From an uncultured Candidatus Rokubacteria bacterium (GTDB lineage: Bacteria; Methylomirabilota; Methylomirabilia; Rokubacteriales; DASRDR01), in the NCBI GenBank assembly GCA_963805625.1, contig CAWDVE010000025.1, forward strand, positions 1-64,000: DNA of 64,000 nt, written 5' to 3'. The notes below the pieces were generated by a model. The model made no database searches. It was not told the DNA's origin and saw nothing but the letters and a program-made list of their open reading frames with translations. The translations under genes were made by a program, and so were the position numbers. Positions 28,960-38,478 of the stretch are shown here, in pieces. The stretch's first letter is position 1. Every line of letters begins with the position of its first letter.

Positions 28960-29706
28960 TCAGCCCTCGAGGAGGGCCAGGAGCCGGCGATACTCGCCGA
29001 CCGCCTTCTCGTCGTCGGGTCCGATCCAGTAGCGGAAGCTCTCGAGGTAGTCAATGATCTCGCCCTCGGAGAGTCCGAGGTCGCGGCGCCGCGCCGCGAT
29101 GGCGGGGAGGCTCGCGAGGCCGGTCTCGAGCGCTTCCGCCAGTGTCGACTCCAGGTCCTCCCGCGCCGCCGCCGTCGTGTCGAGGCGGACGGCCCAGGCG
29201 GCGAAGACCATGGGGTAGCCGGTCCACTGGGTCCACTCCTCGCCGAGGTCGTAGCAGAGCCGCCGGGGCCATGGTCCCTGGCGCAGGCGGAGCGCCGCGT
29301 CGCCGATGAGGAGCACGGCGTCGGACGCCTCGCCGAGCCCGACCAGGACGGGGGCGGGGACCTCGTACCGGAACGCCAGCAGGATCCGCAGGAGCCGCAC
29401 GGATGTGGAGGTCTCGCCGGTGACGGCGATGCGGCGGCCACCGAGCTCACCCATGGGGCGGTCGGAGAAGAGGAGGACGCTCTGCGCTCGCGTGGGGCCC
29501 ACGATCCCAAACGGCAGGCGGGTCACGGTGCCCTCGAGCCGGAGGCAGTCGGCGAGGGCGAGCGGCCCGGCGTCGACCCGGCCCTCGGCCACCGCCTCGC
29601 CGAGCGCGCGGGGCGGCAGGGACGCTGCGATCGGCCAGGGGAAAGCGTGGAAGAACGGCTCGACGTTCAGGTACGAGATCCGGCCGACCCGCAGCATCAG
29701 CTCCAC
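28960..29706 (-). CDS. mqnA: Chorismate dehydratase
   Basis: VGRISYLNVEP; TSTSVRLL; LLIGDAAL; DLGEEW..TGYPMVFAAW. Confidence 0.9.
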   Translation of the reverse strand: MELMLRVGRISYLNVEPFFHAFPWPIAASLPPRALGEAVAEGRVDAGPLALADCLRLEGTVTRLPFGIVGPTRAQSVLLFSDRPMGELGGRRIAVTGETSTSVRLLRILLAFRYEVPAPVLVGLGEASDAVLLIGDAALRLRQGPWPRRLCYDLGEEWTQWTGYPMVFAAWAVRLDTTAAAREDLESTLAEALETGLASLPAIAARRRDLGLSEGEIIDYLESFRYWIGPDDEKAVGEYRRLLALLEG

Positions 29707-30797
29707 ACGTTGATCACGTTGTAGAGGGCGTCGCGCTCCACCGGAACCCGCCCGGCGTCGCGGACCATCCGCAGGATCTGCTCGCGCGCGAGCCCGGCCG
29801 GGCTCTCCGCCTTCGCCGCGTGCGCGATGCGCTCGTCGACCAGGGTGCCATTGACGTCGTCGGCCCCGAAGTTGAGCGCGATCGAGGCGGCCTCCTCGCC
29901 CATCATGACCCAGTACGCCTCGACGTGCGGGAAGTTGTCGAGGACGAGCCGGGACGTCGCCACCACGCGCAGCGCTTCCACGGCAGAGGCCTGGCGGGGG
30001 ACGAGCCGCGTGTCGCCGACCTGGTACAGGAGGGGGATGAACGTCAGGAAGCCTCCGGTCTCGTCCTGGAGCGCCCGGAGGCGCAGCATGTGCTCGATCC
30101 GCTCGGCGTACGTCTCGATGTGGCCATAGAGCATCGTCGCATTGGACCGGATACCGAGACCGTGAGCGATCCGGTGGATCTCGAGCCAGCGATCCGCCCC
30201 CGCCTTGCCCATGAAGCGGAGCGCCTTCTGGAGCCGGGCGGAGAAGATCTCCGCGCCCCCTCCGGGCATGGTGTGGAGCCCGGCGGCCTTCAGGCGGCTG
30301 AGCGCCTCGCTCGGCTCGATCTTCCAGCGACGCCAGAGGTAGTCGATCTCGGCCGCGGTAAAGGCCTTGATCTGGGCGTCGGGGCGGGTTGCGTGGATGG
30401 TCTGCACCAGCCGCTCGTAGTACTCGAACGGCCAGTCCGGGTGATGGCCGCCCACGATGTGGACCTCCCGGACGTCCGCCTCGATCATGCCGACGACGTC
30501 CTCGATGGAGTGCTCGAACGCGCCCTCGTCGCCCTTCTTCTTGGCGAAGTCACAGAACGAGCAGGACAGCACGCACACGTTCGTCGGATTCACGTAGCGG
30601 TTGATGACGAAGTACACCCAGTCGCCGGACTTCTGGCGCTTGACGTGGTCCGCCATTCGACCGAGACCGAGGAGGTCCTCCGTTTCGAGGCAGGCGAGCC
30701 CGTCGTCGACGTCGAGGCGCTCGCCTCCGTGCACCTTCTCCCACACGCGGGCGAGCCGCGGATCCGAGATGCGAAGGTCGTCGACGACGCTGCCCAT
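29697..30797 (-). CDS. mqnE: Aminofutalosine synthase
   Basis: NPTNVCVLSCSFCDF; EVHIVGG; KAFTAAEI; SNATMLYGHIE; AYWVM. Confidence 0.9.
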   Translation of the reverse strand: MGSVVDDLRISDPRLARVWEKVHGGERLDVDDGLACLETEDLLGLGRMADHVKRQKSGDWVYFVINRYVNPTNVCVLSCSFCDFAKKKGDEGAFEHSIEDVVGMIEADVREVHIVGGHHPDWPFEYYERLVQTIHATRPDAQIKAFTAAEIDYLWRRWKIEPSEALSRLKAAGLHTMPGGGAEIFSARLQKALRFMGKAGADRWLEIHRIAHGLGIRSNATMLYGHIETYAERIEHMLRLRALQDETGGFLTFIPLLYQVGDTRLVPRQASAVEALRVVATSRLVLDNFPHVEAYWVMMGEEAASIALNFGADDVNGTLVDERIAHAAKAESPAGLAREQILRMVRDAGRVPVERDALYNVINVWS

Positions 30798-30931
30798 ACT
30801 CGCCTCCACCGGACTCGGGTAGAGCCTCCGTCTCTGGAAAACCGACCAGTCGGTCGGTGAGATTGTAGCATTCGCCATGGTATAGTGCGGGTCGATCGAC
30901 GGAGGATTTTGATCGCCTCGGGAGGACGCCC

Positions 30932-31384
30932 ATGTCGGAGCCGAGCCGCCAGTACTTCGAGGACATCCAGGTGGGCGACGAGTACCTGTCTCCGGGTCGC
31001 ACCATCACCGAGGCGGACATCGTCGCGTTCGCGGGGCTGTCGGGAGACTACAATGTCCTCCACACGGACGCCGAGTTCATGAAGAGCTCCATCTTCGGCG
31101 AGCGCATCGCCCATGGACTCCTGGGGCTCTCGATCTCGTCGGGCCTCGGCGCGCGGGCCGTCGCGCGCCCCTTCGCCACGCTCGCCTTCCTGGGGCTTCG
31201 TTGGCGATTCAAGGGGCCGATCAAGATCGGCGACACGATCAAGGTCCGCATGAAGGTCACCGACAAGAAGGAGACCTCGAAGCCCGACCGCGGGATCGTC
31301 ACGATCCAGCGCGCCGTTCTCAACCAGCGGGGAGAGCTTGTCCAGGAGGGGGACACGGAGCTCATGATCGAGCGCCGGAAGTAG
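30932..31384 (+). CDS. MaoC-family dehydratase
   Basis: GRTITEADIVAFAGLSGDYNVLH; IAHGLL. Confidence 0.9.
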   Translation: MSEPSRQYFEDIQVGDEYLSPGRTITEADIVAFAGLSGDYNVLHTDAEFMKSSIFGERIAHGLLGLSISSGLGARAVARPFATLAFLGLRWRFKGPIKIGDTIKVRMKVTDKKETSKPDRGIVTIQRAVLNQRGELVQEGDTELMIERRK

Positions 31385-31393
31385 CGGCGGCCG

Positions 31394-31822
31394 ATGCCGC
31401 GCTACTTCGAGGACCTCGAGGTCGGCGACGGGTTTGAGTCCCCGGGCCGCACGATCACCGAGGCCGACGTCGTGAGCTTCGCCGCGATCTCCGGCGACCA
31501 GGAGATCCTCGATTTCACGACGGGCGAGGCGGGCCTCCCGCCCTTGGTGCCGGAGCTCCTGATCATGGTCATGAGCTCCGGGCTGGGCTTCCGGGCCCCT
31601 GCCGAGACGCCCCAGGTTCTCGCCTTCATGGTGTTCGATCTCCACAACCGCCTTCCCGTGCGTGTCGGGGACACCATTCGGTGTCGCATCCGCGTGGCGG
31701 GGAAGCGGCCGATGAAGGATGGCGGCGTCATCGTCGAGCAGCGTCAGATCGTGAACCAGCGAGGCGACGTGGTCCAGGAGACGGAGTACAAGCTCCTGGT
31801 CGCGCGCCGACCCCGGGAGTGA
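31394..31822 (+). CDS. MaoC-like hotdog protein lacking the catalytic His motif
   Basis: GRTITEADVVSFAAISGDQEILD; PVRVGDTI. Confidence 0.8.
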   Translation: MPRYFEDLEVGDGFESPGRTITEADVVSFAAISGDQEILDFTTGEAGLPPLVPELLIMVMSSGLGFRAPAETPQVLAFMVFDLHNRLPVRVGDTIRCRIRVAGKRPMKDGGVIVEQRQIVNQRGDVVQETEYKLLVARRPRE

Positions 31823-31909
31823 CGATGGGATGAGCCCCCAGGCCGCCACAGGCCGAAGGCCGTGCGACGAATCCCGTCCGATCGCCTCCCGCGGGGCCAG
31901 GGTGGCCCA

Positions 31910-32698
31910 GTGAGCGCGGAGCCGCGCTGGCGCGGGCTCCTCTACCGCGTCTACGCCCGGCGGCTCGAGGCCGAGGTGCGGCGGCGGCCCACGCCCCAGC
32001 ACGTCGGCATCATCCTCGACGGGAACCGGCGCTGGGCGCGGGCGCAGGGGCGGGACCCCGTGGACGCGTACCGGCTCGGGGCGGCGAAGCTCGACGAGGT
32101 CCTAGCCTGGTGCGTCGACCTCGGCATCCCCGCCGTGACCCTCTGGGCGTGCTCCACCGAGAACCTCGGGCGGGCCCCGGAGGAGCTACGCGGCCTCCTC
32201 TCGGTGATCGAGAACAAGCTCAGCGCGCTCGCCGACGACCCGCGTATCCATCGGCGGCGGATCCGGGTCCGGGCGGTCGGGAAGCTCGACCTCCTACCCG
32301 ACTCCACGCTGGCGGCCATCCAGCGCGCCGAGCAGGCCACGGCGGGCTACGCCGACGCCGTGCTCACGTTCGCCCTGGCATACGGCGGTCGCCAGGAGAT
32401 CGCGGACGCGGTCCGGCGCCTCGTGCGGGACCGCGCCAAGCAAGGCGGAACGCTCGACGAGATCGTCGACGCCGTGACCCAGGAGGAGATCTCCCGGTAC
32501 CTGTACGCTCCGGACCTGCCGGACCCCGACCTGATCATCCGGACCTCCGGCGAGGTCCGCCTGTCGGGCTTCCTCCTGTGGCAGAGCGCGTACAGCGAGT
32601 TCTACTTCTGCGACGTCCACTGGCCGGAGTTCCGCAAGATCGATTTCCTCCGCGCGCTCCGGAGCTACCAGCAGCGGGACCGGCGCTTCGGCGCGTGA
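31910..32698 (+). CDS. uppS: cis-prenyltransferase (UppS family)
   Basis: HVGIILDGNRRWA; STEN; YGGRQEI; PDLIIRTSGEVRLSGFLLWQSAYSE. Confidence 0.88.
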   Translation: MSAEPRWRGLLYRVYARRLEAEVRRRPTPQHVGIILDGNRRWARAQGRDPVDAYRLGAAKLDEVLAWCVDLGIPAVTLWACSTENLGRAPEELRGLLSVIENKLSALADDPRIHRRRIRVRAVGKLDLLPDSTLAAIQRAEQATAGYADAVLTFALAYGGRQEIADAVRRLVRDRAKQGGTLDEIVDAVTQEEISRYLYAPDLPDPDLIIRTSGEVRLSGFLLWQSAYSEFYFCDVHWPEFRKIDFLRALRSYQQRDRRFGA

Positions 32699-33843
32699 GT
32701 CACGGGGCTCCGGGCCCTCGAGCCGTGCCCCGGATCCTGATCCTGTCCGCTCCATACGGCGCCGGCCACCTGCGCGCCGCGGAGGCGCTGGCCCGGGCTC
32801 TCGCGGGCGAGGGTGCGCGCGTCGAGATCCTCGACCACTTCGTCCGCTTCTTGCCGCCGGCCTTCGTGCGGGCCTCGCTCACGATGTTCTGGGGCATTCT
32901 TCGCTGCGCTCCGGGTCTGTGGGGGCTCGCCTACGAGTTCTCGGCGCGGATCGGTCCCCGGTCGCCCGTCATGGCGGGGATGGACCGGATCGGCGCGTGG
33001 GGCTTGCTGCGCCATCTCGAACGAGAGCGCCCCGACGCCGTCGTGCACCTCCACCCGACGCCCGCCGGAGCCATGGCGTGGCTCCGTGCCCGCGGCGAGA
33101 CGGCGGTGCCGCACGGGATCGTGTTCACGGACTTCGCCGCGCATCCGCAGTGGATCCACGCGGGCCTGGAGCGCTACTTCGTGCCCACCGAGGCCGTGCG
33201 CGCAGGCGTCGTGGCCCACGGCATCTCACCGAACCGGGTAGTCGCGAGCGGCCTGCCCGTGGATTCCGCCTTCATGGTCCCGCCGGAGCGGCTGGCGCTC
33301 CGGGCGGCGCTCGGGTTGCCGGCGGACGTTCCGGTCGTGCTCGTCACCGGCGGCATGCGCGGGCTCCTCCGGGGAGTCGCGGAGGCGTGCGAGGCGCTGG
33401 CCTCGCTCGACCGACCATTCATCGCAATCGCGGTCTGCGGGGACCACCGCCGGCTCGCCGCCCGGCTCCGCCGGCGGCACGAGGGGGACGGGAGGTTCCG
33501 GATCCTCGACCGTGTGCCGGACATGGCGCAGGTGATGGGGGCCGCCGACTTCGTCGTCTCGAAGGCGGGTGCCATGACCTGCGCCGAGGCGCTCGCGCTC
33601 GGGCGGCCGCTCCTGCTGCACCGCTCCCTCCCGGGCCAGGAGCGGGCCAATGAGGACTGCCTGGTCGCGGCGGGGGCGGCGCTCCGCGCGCGAAACGAGC
33701 GGGAGCTCCGGCGGTGTCTGGACGCCCTCCTGGGCGAGCCCGAGCTCCGCGCGGCGCTCGCCGCGATGGCGCGAAGCCTGCGGCGCCCGGATGCGGGACG
33801 GATCGTGGCCAAGGAGATGCTCGCCCTCCTGGGGCGGGAATGA
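32695..33843 (+). CDS. MGDG synthase/UgtP-like glycosyltransferase (GT28)
   Basis: LSAPYGAGHLRAAEAL; TDFAAHPQW; KAGAMTCAEAL; PGQERAN. Confidence 0.85.
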   Translation: MSHGAPGPRAVPRILILSAPYGAGHLRAAEALARALAGEGARVEILDHFVRFLPPAFVRASLTMFWGILRCAPGLWGLAYEFSARIGPRSPVMAGMDRIGAWGLLRHLERERPDAVVHLHPTPAGAMAWLRARGETAVPHGIVFTDFAAHPQWIHAGLERYFVPTEAVRAGVVAHGISPNRVVASGLPVDSAFMVPPERLALRAALGLPADVPVVLVTGGMRGLLRGVAEACEALASLDRPFIAIAVCGDHRRLAARLRRRHEGDGRFRILDRVPDMAQVMGAADFVVSKAGAMTCAEALALGRPLLLHRSLPGQERANEDCLVAAGAALRARNERELRRCLDALLGEPELRAALAAMARSLRRPDAGRIVAKEMLALLGRE

Positions 33844-34553
33844 CCGTGCGCAGTGGCTGGTGGGCAGCGGGTGCGGGCGCCGCGGTGTGGGCCGCCTACG
33901 CCTGGGGAGCGCAGTGCATCCTGCCCGCGGTCGCCTGGCGGCGCGGGCCGGAGGGCAGACACCAGGTCGCGCTCACCTTCGACGACGGACCCGATCCGGG
34001 GGCGACGCCTCGGCTCCTGCGGCTTCTGGACGCGCGCGATGTCCGGGCCACCTTCTTTCTGATCGGCGAGCGCGCGGTGCGGCATCCGGACGTGGTGCGG
34101 GCGATCGCCGCCGCGGGCCACGAGATCGGCAACCATACCTGGCGGCACCGTAACGCGTGGCTCCTTCCCCCGGCCGCCGCGGCGCGGGAGATCACCGAGG
34201 GAGCGCGCATCCTGGGGGACATCCTCGGTCGGCCTCCGCACCTCTACCGGCCTCCCTGGGGTATCGTCAACGCGGCAGCCTTGGCCACGGTCCGCCGACT
34301 CGGGCTGGTCACGGTCCTCTGGTCCGTCCAGCACGAAGGTCTCCGTCCTCGGTCTCCGGCCGCCCAGCTCCGCCACGTCGCGGACCGCCTCCACGACGGC
34401 GCGATCGTCGACCTTCATGACGCGCCCGGGCTGCCGGGCGCACCCGAGCGGCTTCTGGCCACGATGCCTGGACTGCTGGACGTCCTGGAAGCGCGCGGGT
34501 ACGCCGCCGTCTCGGTGGGAGAGCTTCTCGCCGGGGCGCCGGCCGCCGGGTAG
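33840..34553 (+). CDS. Polysaccharide deacetylase (NodB/CE4)
   Basis: ALTFDDGP; ATFF; HEIGNHTWRH; YRPPWG; DLHD. Confidence 0.9.
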   Translation: MTVRSGWWAAGAGAAVWAAYAWGAQCILPAVAWRRGPEGRHQVALTFDDGPDPGATPRLLRLLDARDVRATFFLIGERAVRHPDVVRAIAAAGHEIGNHTWRHRNAWLLPPAAAAREITEGARILGDILGRPPHLYRPPWGIVNAAALATVRRLGLVTVLWSVQHEGLRPRSPAAQLRHVADRLHDGAIVDLHDAPGLPGAPERLLATMPGLLDVLEARGYAAVSVGELLAGAPAAG

Positions 34554-34699
34554 GTCCAGCAGCCGAGCCGGTCTGCGCGCCCGGGCTTCTTCATGTCCGG
34601 CTATCGCGCTCGTCGGATCGGCCCGCGAAAATTCTTGGGATGTCCACCATCGGCGCCGTAGTCTGACGGTGAGTAACTCAATCTGCGGAGGTGTTCTCG

Positions 34700-34990
34700 A
34701 TGGGACGTCGGCTAACGGTGGTGGCGGTCACGATCTGCCTCGGAGCGAGCGGCGCGTGGGCTCAGAGCCCGGCTCCGAAGAACAGCAGCGACTCGGAGTA
34801 CACCGACACGGTGTTCGCCACCGACCAGCACATGGGGTTCTCGATCCGGACCACCATCGTCCAGTGGCTTGGCGGCATCGACGTCGCCCGGGAGAAAGAC
34901 GCCAAGGCCGCCGAGAAGGAAGGCTGGTGGGGCGAGCCCGTGCCGCAGGTCCCCCCGGAGCTGGCGCAGGCGCCGAAGTCCGACCGCTAG
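34700..34990 (+). CDS. Small exported hypothetical protein
   Basis: GGAGG RBS; signal peptide ending GAWAQ. Confidence 0.6.
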   Translation: MGRRLTVVAVTICLGASGAWAQSPAPKNSSDSEYTDTVFATDQHMGFSIRTTIVQWLGGIDVAREKDAKAAEKEGWWGEPVPQVPPELAQAPKSDR

Positions 34991-35099
34991 TTCCACGTCC
35001 CGCCCGCCCCTGGCGCGGCCTCACCCGCTGACGCCTGCTGTCAGCTGCGCACGGCCCGGCCCACTTCCGGGGTCCGGCGCCGTGCGCTAGAATGCCGTC

Positions 35100-35240
35100 C
35101 GCTCCGCCATATCCCATCATGTTCAGGAGGCGGAGGCCGCCCTGATCCCCGTCGCGCACACGACTGGCGGGGAGTTTCACGCCGCTCCGCGAGTCCCCCC
35201 GCGCGAGCGGACCTACTGGGACGCCTGGGGACGGAAGCGC
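35100..35240 (+). ncRNA. Candidate structured ncRNA (multibranch; family unassigned)
   Basis: TAGAAT at 35088-35093; closing stem TCCCA/TGGGA enclosing three hairpins; downstream 12-bp hairpin. Confidence 0.45.
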
Positions 35241-35252
35241 TAGGTCTTCGGT

Positions 35253-35281
35253 GCGGGCGCGCCGGAACTCGGCGCGCCCGC
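35253..35281. terminator. GC-rich hairpin between convergent transcripts
   Basis: GCGGGCGCGCCG-GAACT-CGGCGCGCCCGC. Confidence 0.6.
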
Positions 35282-35291
35282 CGGCGTCCCG

Positions 35292-35822
35292 CTAGTCCTG
35301 GCCCTTCAGGAGAAGCTTGACGACCTGAGGCGCCATCGCGCGCGCCCGCTGGTCGAGCTCGGCCTCCGTCAGGTTCGCGATCGGGTGGGGCATGAGCAGA
35401 AACCGGTACGCGGGCACGCCCCATTGCTCGGCCATGGCCCGGCCCGTGAGCTCGAACACATCGGTGACGATCGAGACCGAGGGCACGCCTGCCTTCTCCA
35501 GCACGATTCCGTCGAGCACACTGCCCGACGAGCAGGACCCTCAGTCGCCGATGCCGGCGACCATCACGTCGCAGGTCGCCCGGAGCTCCTGGACGATCTC
35601 GTCATGAGCGGGGACGCTCGCGTTGTGCTTTCGCCACATGCGCGCGTCGGCCGCCCCGTACTCGGCCACCAGGATGTCGCCGATCTTCTGGAGCAGGCGG
35701 TCGGAGTTGAACTTCGTGTTCTCGACCAGGCCGACACGCTTTCCCGCGAGCGAGCCCGGCCGGGCGACGAACTTGAGCGGCTGCGTCGAGACCTCGACGG
35801 TCGGATCCAGGACCTCGATCAT
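35292..35822 (-). CDS. UGSC-family selenoprotein (176 aa, Sec at codon 94)
   Basis: Two in-frame ORFs joined at TGA 35541-35543: ..VAGIGD-U-GSCSSGSVLDGIVLEKAGVP.. Confidence 0.9.
35510..35530 (-). promoter_or_regulatory. Bacterial SECIS element
   Basis: CGTCGGGCA-GTG-TGCTCGACG stem-loop starting 11 nt after the UGA. Confidence 0.75.
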
Positions 35823-36859
35823 CGCTTGACCTCCTTGGTCACGGCCTGGGAGGAGCGCTTGCCGCCCCAGCCCGGGATGTAGCAGGAGAAGGCGCCCGCC
35901 CGGCCACCGGCCGCCACGACGAAGATGTCGTCGGGAGACTCGACGAGTGGCCGCATTCGCGTCTCGTCGTCCGGCTGGGCGGTTCCGGCCATCTGGTGCG
36001 TGCGCTTCAGGTGAGCGTGCGAGTTCTTCGTGTGCGTGAAGAGGAACTCGCGGATCATCGCCTTGGTCCAGCCGTCCCCGGCGATCGTGCGCATGTGCTC
36101 GCCGGCGAGCACGACCACGAACTGCGGTTGGCCCATCAGGTTCCCGGAGCTCCGCATGTCGTCCGCGAGGGTGGTCAGCACGCCCTCCGCGGTGTTCGAG
36201 AGCTGGTTGTAGAACTGCCGGGGCGCCGCCGCGGCCACGACGGTCACGGCACTCTGGTCCGGACGGAGGCCGCGCTCCACGTGGAGGGGCGGCCAGGGAC
36301 TCTCGGCCTCGTTCTCGGCGATCACGTAGGAGAGCTTGCCCGGGTGCCCGAGCGTGCCCCGGTCGAGGGTGCCGGGCCGGGAGCCGCAGACGTTCCGCAT
36401 CACGAGACGGACGGCGCGCCCGATCGTCAGGTTGGCCCGCCACCCGGGCCCGAAGAGGTTGTCGCCGGCGTTGACGTCCAGCTCGCGCGCCACCGGCCCG
36501 TTGACGACGATGAGGACCGCGGCCCCGGCCGTCGAGGTTCCCGGCCCATGGTAGCTCCAGCGCGGGTCTCCGATGCCCTCGATGGCCGCGACGACGACCG
36601 GCATGTACTCGGGCCGGCACCCAGCCATGACGGCGTTGATGGCGACCTTCTCGGCGGTGACGGAGACCGCCCGGTGGGCGACGTAGGTGATCTCGTGGGC
36701 GGGGTCGAGGTGGGCGGCCGCGAGCATCCGCTCCACTCGCTCCGGGGTGGGGGGGACGACGGGAAGGCCGTCCGTCCATCCCCGCGCAAAGCAGAGCTCG
36801 ATCGCGTCGGCGTCGTCCGCGGCTCTGTGGCGTTTCGAGGTCAGCGTGGCCGCGCCCAT
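35819..36859 (-). CDS. Conserved hypothetical partner of UGSC proteins
   Basis: GWTDGLPVVPPT; EKVAINAVMAGC; RANLTIGRA; IAENE..SPW; stop overlaps the selenoprotein start. Confidence 0.85.
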   Translation of the reverse strand: MGAATLTSKRHRAADDADAIELCFARGWTDGLPVVPPTPERVERMLAAAHLDPAHEITYVAHRAVSVTAEKVAINAVMAGCRPEYMPVVVAAIEGIGDPRWSYHGPGTSTAGAAVLIVVNGPVARELDVNAGDNLFGPGWRANLTIGRAVRLVMRNVCGSRPGTLDRGTLGHPGKLSYVIAENEAESPWPPLHVERGLRPDQSAVTVVAAAAPRQFYNQLSNTAEGVLTTLADDMRSSGNLMGQPQFVVVLAGEHMRTIAGDGWTKAMIREFLFTHTKNSHAHLKRTHQMAGTAQPDDETRMRPLVESPDDIFVVAAGGRAGAFSCYIPGWGGKRSSQAVTKEVKR

Positions 36860-36876
36860 CGCGATGGCGCCGGGGG

Positions 36877-37080
36877 TCAGCGGGCCTTCTCGGCCGCCTG
36901 GAACCCTACCTTGTTGTGCGTGCCGTCGCAGAATGGCTTGTTGGCCGAGTGCCCGCACCGGCAGAGGGCGATGGTGTCGCTCGTGAGAGTGAACTCCTTG
37001 CCTTCCGCGTCGATCAGGTGAACCGGACCCTTCACGAGGTACGGGCCGTTCATGCGGGTCGTGATGCTCGGCTTCTCCAC
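36877..37080 (-). CDS. CDGSH iron-sulfur domain protein
   Basis: NGPYLV; ALCRCGHSANKPFCDGTH; AAGGAGG RBS. Confidence 0.92.
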   Translation of the reverse strand: MEKPSITTRMNGPYLVKGPVHLIDAEGKEFTLTSDTIALCRCGHSANKPFCDGTHNKVGFQAAEKAR

Positions 37081-37230
37081 GTCACGCCTCCTTGGCACGG
37101 CCCGGAGGGGGCCTGGGGTCGGTTTGGCCACGAGTCTCATCGGACAGGATGGAGAGTTTCCACGCCGCCTGTCAATTGGATGGTGGGAGCTCGGGTTGAG
37201 GTTCCGCGCGACAGCGGCGACCGCCGCCGT

Positions 37231-38433
37231 TCAGCGAGGCAGGGCACCGAGCCCCCCGACGGCCGCGCCCCCGGCCACGAGCCACGCGGAATTGAGCCGT
37301 GTCGCCAGCAGGATGGCGGCGGCCGCCAGGGCAAGGGCGGTCGTGAGCCAGTCCACGAGGGCGGCGCGCCCCAGCTCCCAGGTGACCGTTGCCATCAGCG
37401 CCACCGAGGCGGCATTCGCGCCGTCGAGGAATGCGCCGGCCCAGGGTGATCGTCTGAGCCGCGGGATGAACGGGCTCGACAGCGCCACGAACACGAAGGA
37501 CGGCAGGAAGATTCCCACGGTTGCCACGATCGCGCCCGGCACCCGGGCGACGAGGTAACCGATGAAGGTCGCGGTGGTGAGAACGGGCCCGGGGGTGAAC
37601 TGGCCGACCGCGACGGCGTCCAGCAACTGTGCGTCGGTGAGCCAGTGGGTCCGCTCGACCAGGTCCGGCCGGAGGAACGCCAGGAGGACGTAGCCGCTCC
37701 CGAAGAGGATCGAGCCGACCTTGAGGAAGATGAGCGCGAGCTGCGGGAGGATGGCGTTCCCGCTCGCCGGTGTGCCGGCGAGCGGGGCGAGCCCGGCCGT
37801 GCTCGAGAGACCGAGGCCGAAGAGCCCTCCTCCCGGGGCCAGCGTCCGGGTGCCTCCCGTCCTCACCACGCTGCGGAGGAGAGGCAAGCCGAGCGCCGCG
37901 GCGAACAGGAGCACGACCTCGTTGGCGCCCCGAAGGGCGAGGACGAGGACCGCCAGCGCGACGGCGGCGACGATCGGGGTGGCGATGGCCTTCCGGGCGA
38001 GGCTCCACACGGCCTGGACCACGACGGCGATGATCACCGGTTTGACGCCGTAGAGGATCCACCCGGCCTCGGGAAGACGTCCGTAGCGGGCGTACGCGAT
38101 CGCCAGGGCGAGCGTGATCAGCATCGCCGGCAGGATGAAGCACGCACCGCCCGCGACGAGACCCGGCCAGCCCGCGCGCACGAACCCGATGTGAATCGCC
38201 ATCTCCGTCGAATTCGGACCGGGGATGAGATTGGTCGCTCCGAGGAGATCGAGGAACTGCGCGCGAGTGAGCCACTGCCTCCGCCGGACGACCTCATCCT
38301 CCATCAGCGCGATGTGGGCGGCCGGGCCGCCGAAGCCGATCACGCCGAGCTTGAGGAAGAGGCGCGCCACCTCTCCGGCGCTGCCCCGCGGCGCGGGAGT
38401 TCCAGCGAGCGGTTCGGTGACCTCGTCGCGCAT
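37231..38433 (-). CDS. chrA: Chromate efflux transporter (long-chain CHR)
   Basis: FLKLGVIGFGGPAAHIALM; PGPNSTE; FGSGYVL; GQFTPGP. Confidence 0.92.
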   Translation of the reverse strand: MRDEVTEPLAGTPAPRGSAGEVARLFLKLGVIGFGGPAAHIALMEDEVVRRRQWLTRAQFLDLLGATNLIPGPNSTEMAIHIGFVRAGWPGLVAGGACFILPAMLITLALAIAYARYGRLPEAGWILYGVKPVIIAVVVQAVWSLARKAIATPIVAAVALAVLVLALRGANEVVLLFAAALGLPLLRSVVRTGGTRTLAPGGGLFGLGLSSTAGLAPLAGTPASGNAILPQLALIFLKVGSILFGSGYVLLAFLRPDLVERTHWLTDAQLLDAVAVGQFTPGPVLTTATFIGYLVARVPGAIVATVGIFLPSFVFVALSSPFIPRLRRSPWAGAFLDGANAASVALMATVTWELGRAALVDWLTTALALAAAAILLATRLNSAWLVAGGAAVGGLGALPR

Positions 38434-38478
38434 CGGGGCTCTCCTGCGGCGGAGTATACTCGGACCGGAGGCGCCCGC

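Noticed and set aside
35100-35240. tRNA-Sec, SRP RNA or hammerhead ribozyme
   Set aside because: No TCA anticodon arm or T-loop, no SRP domain IV motif and no CTGATGA core on either strand
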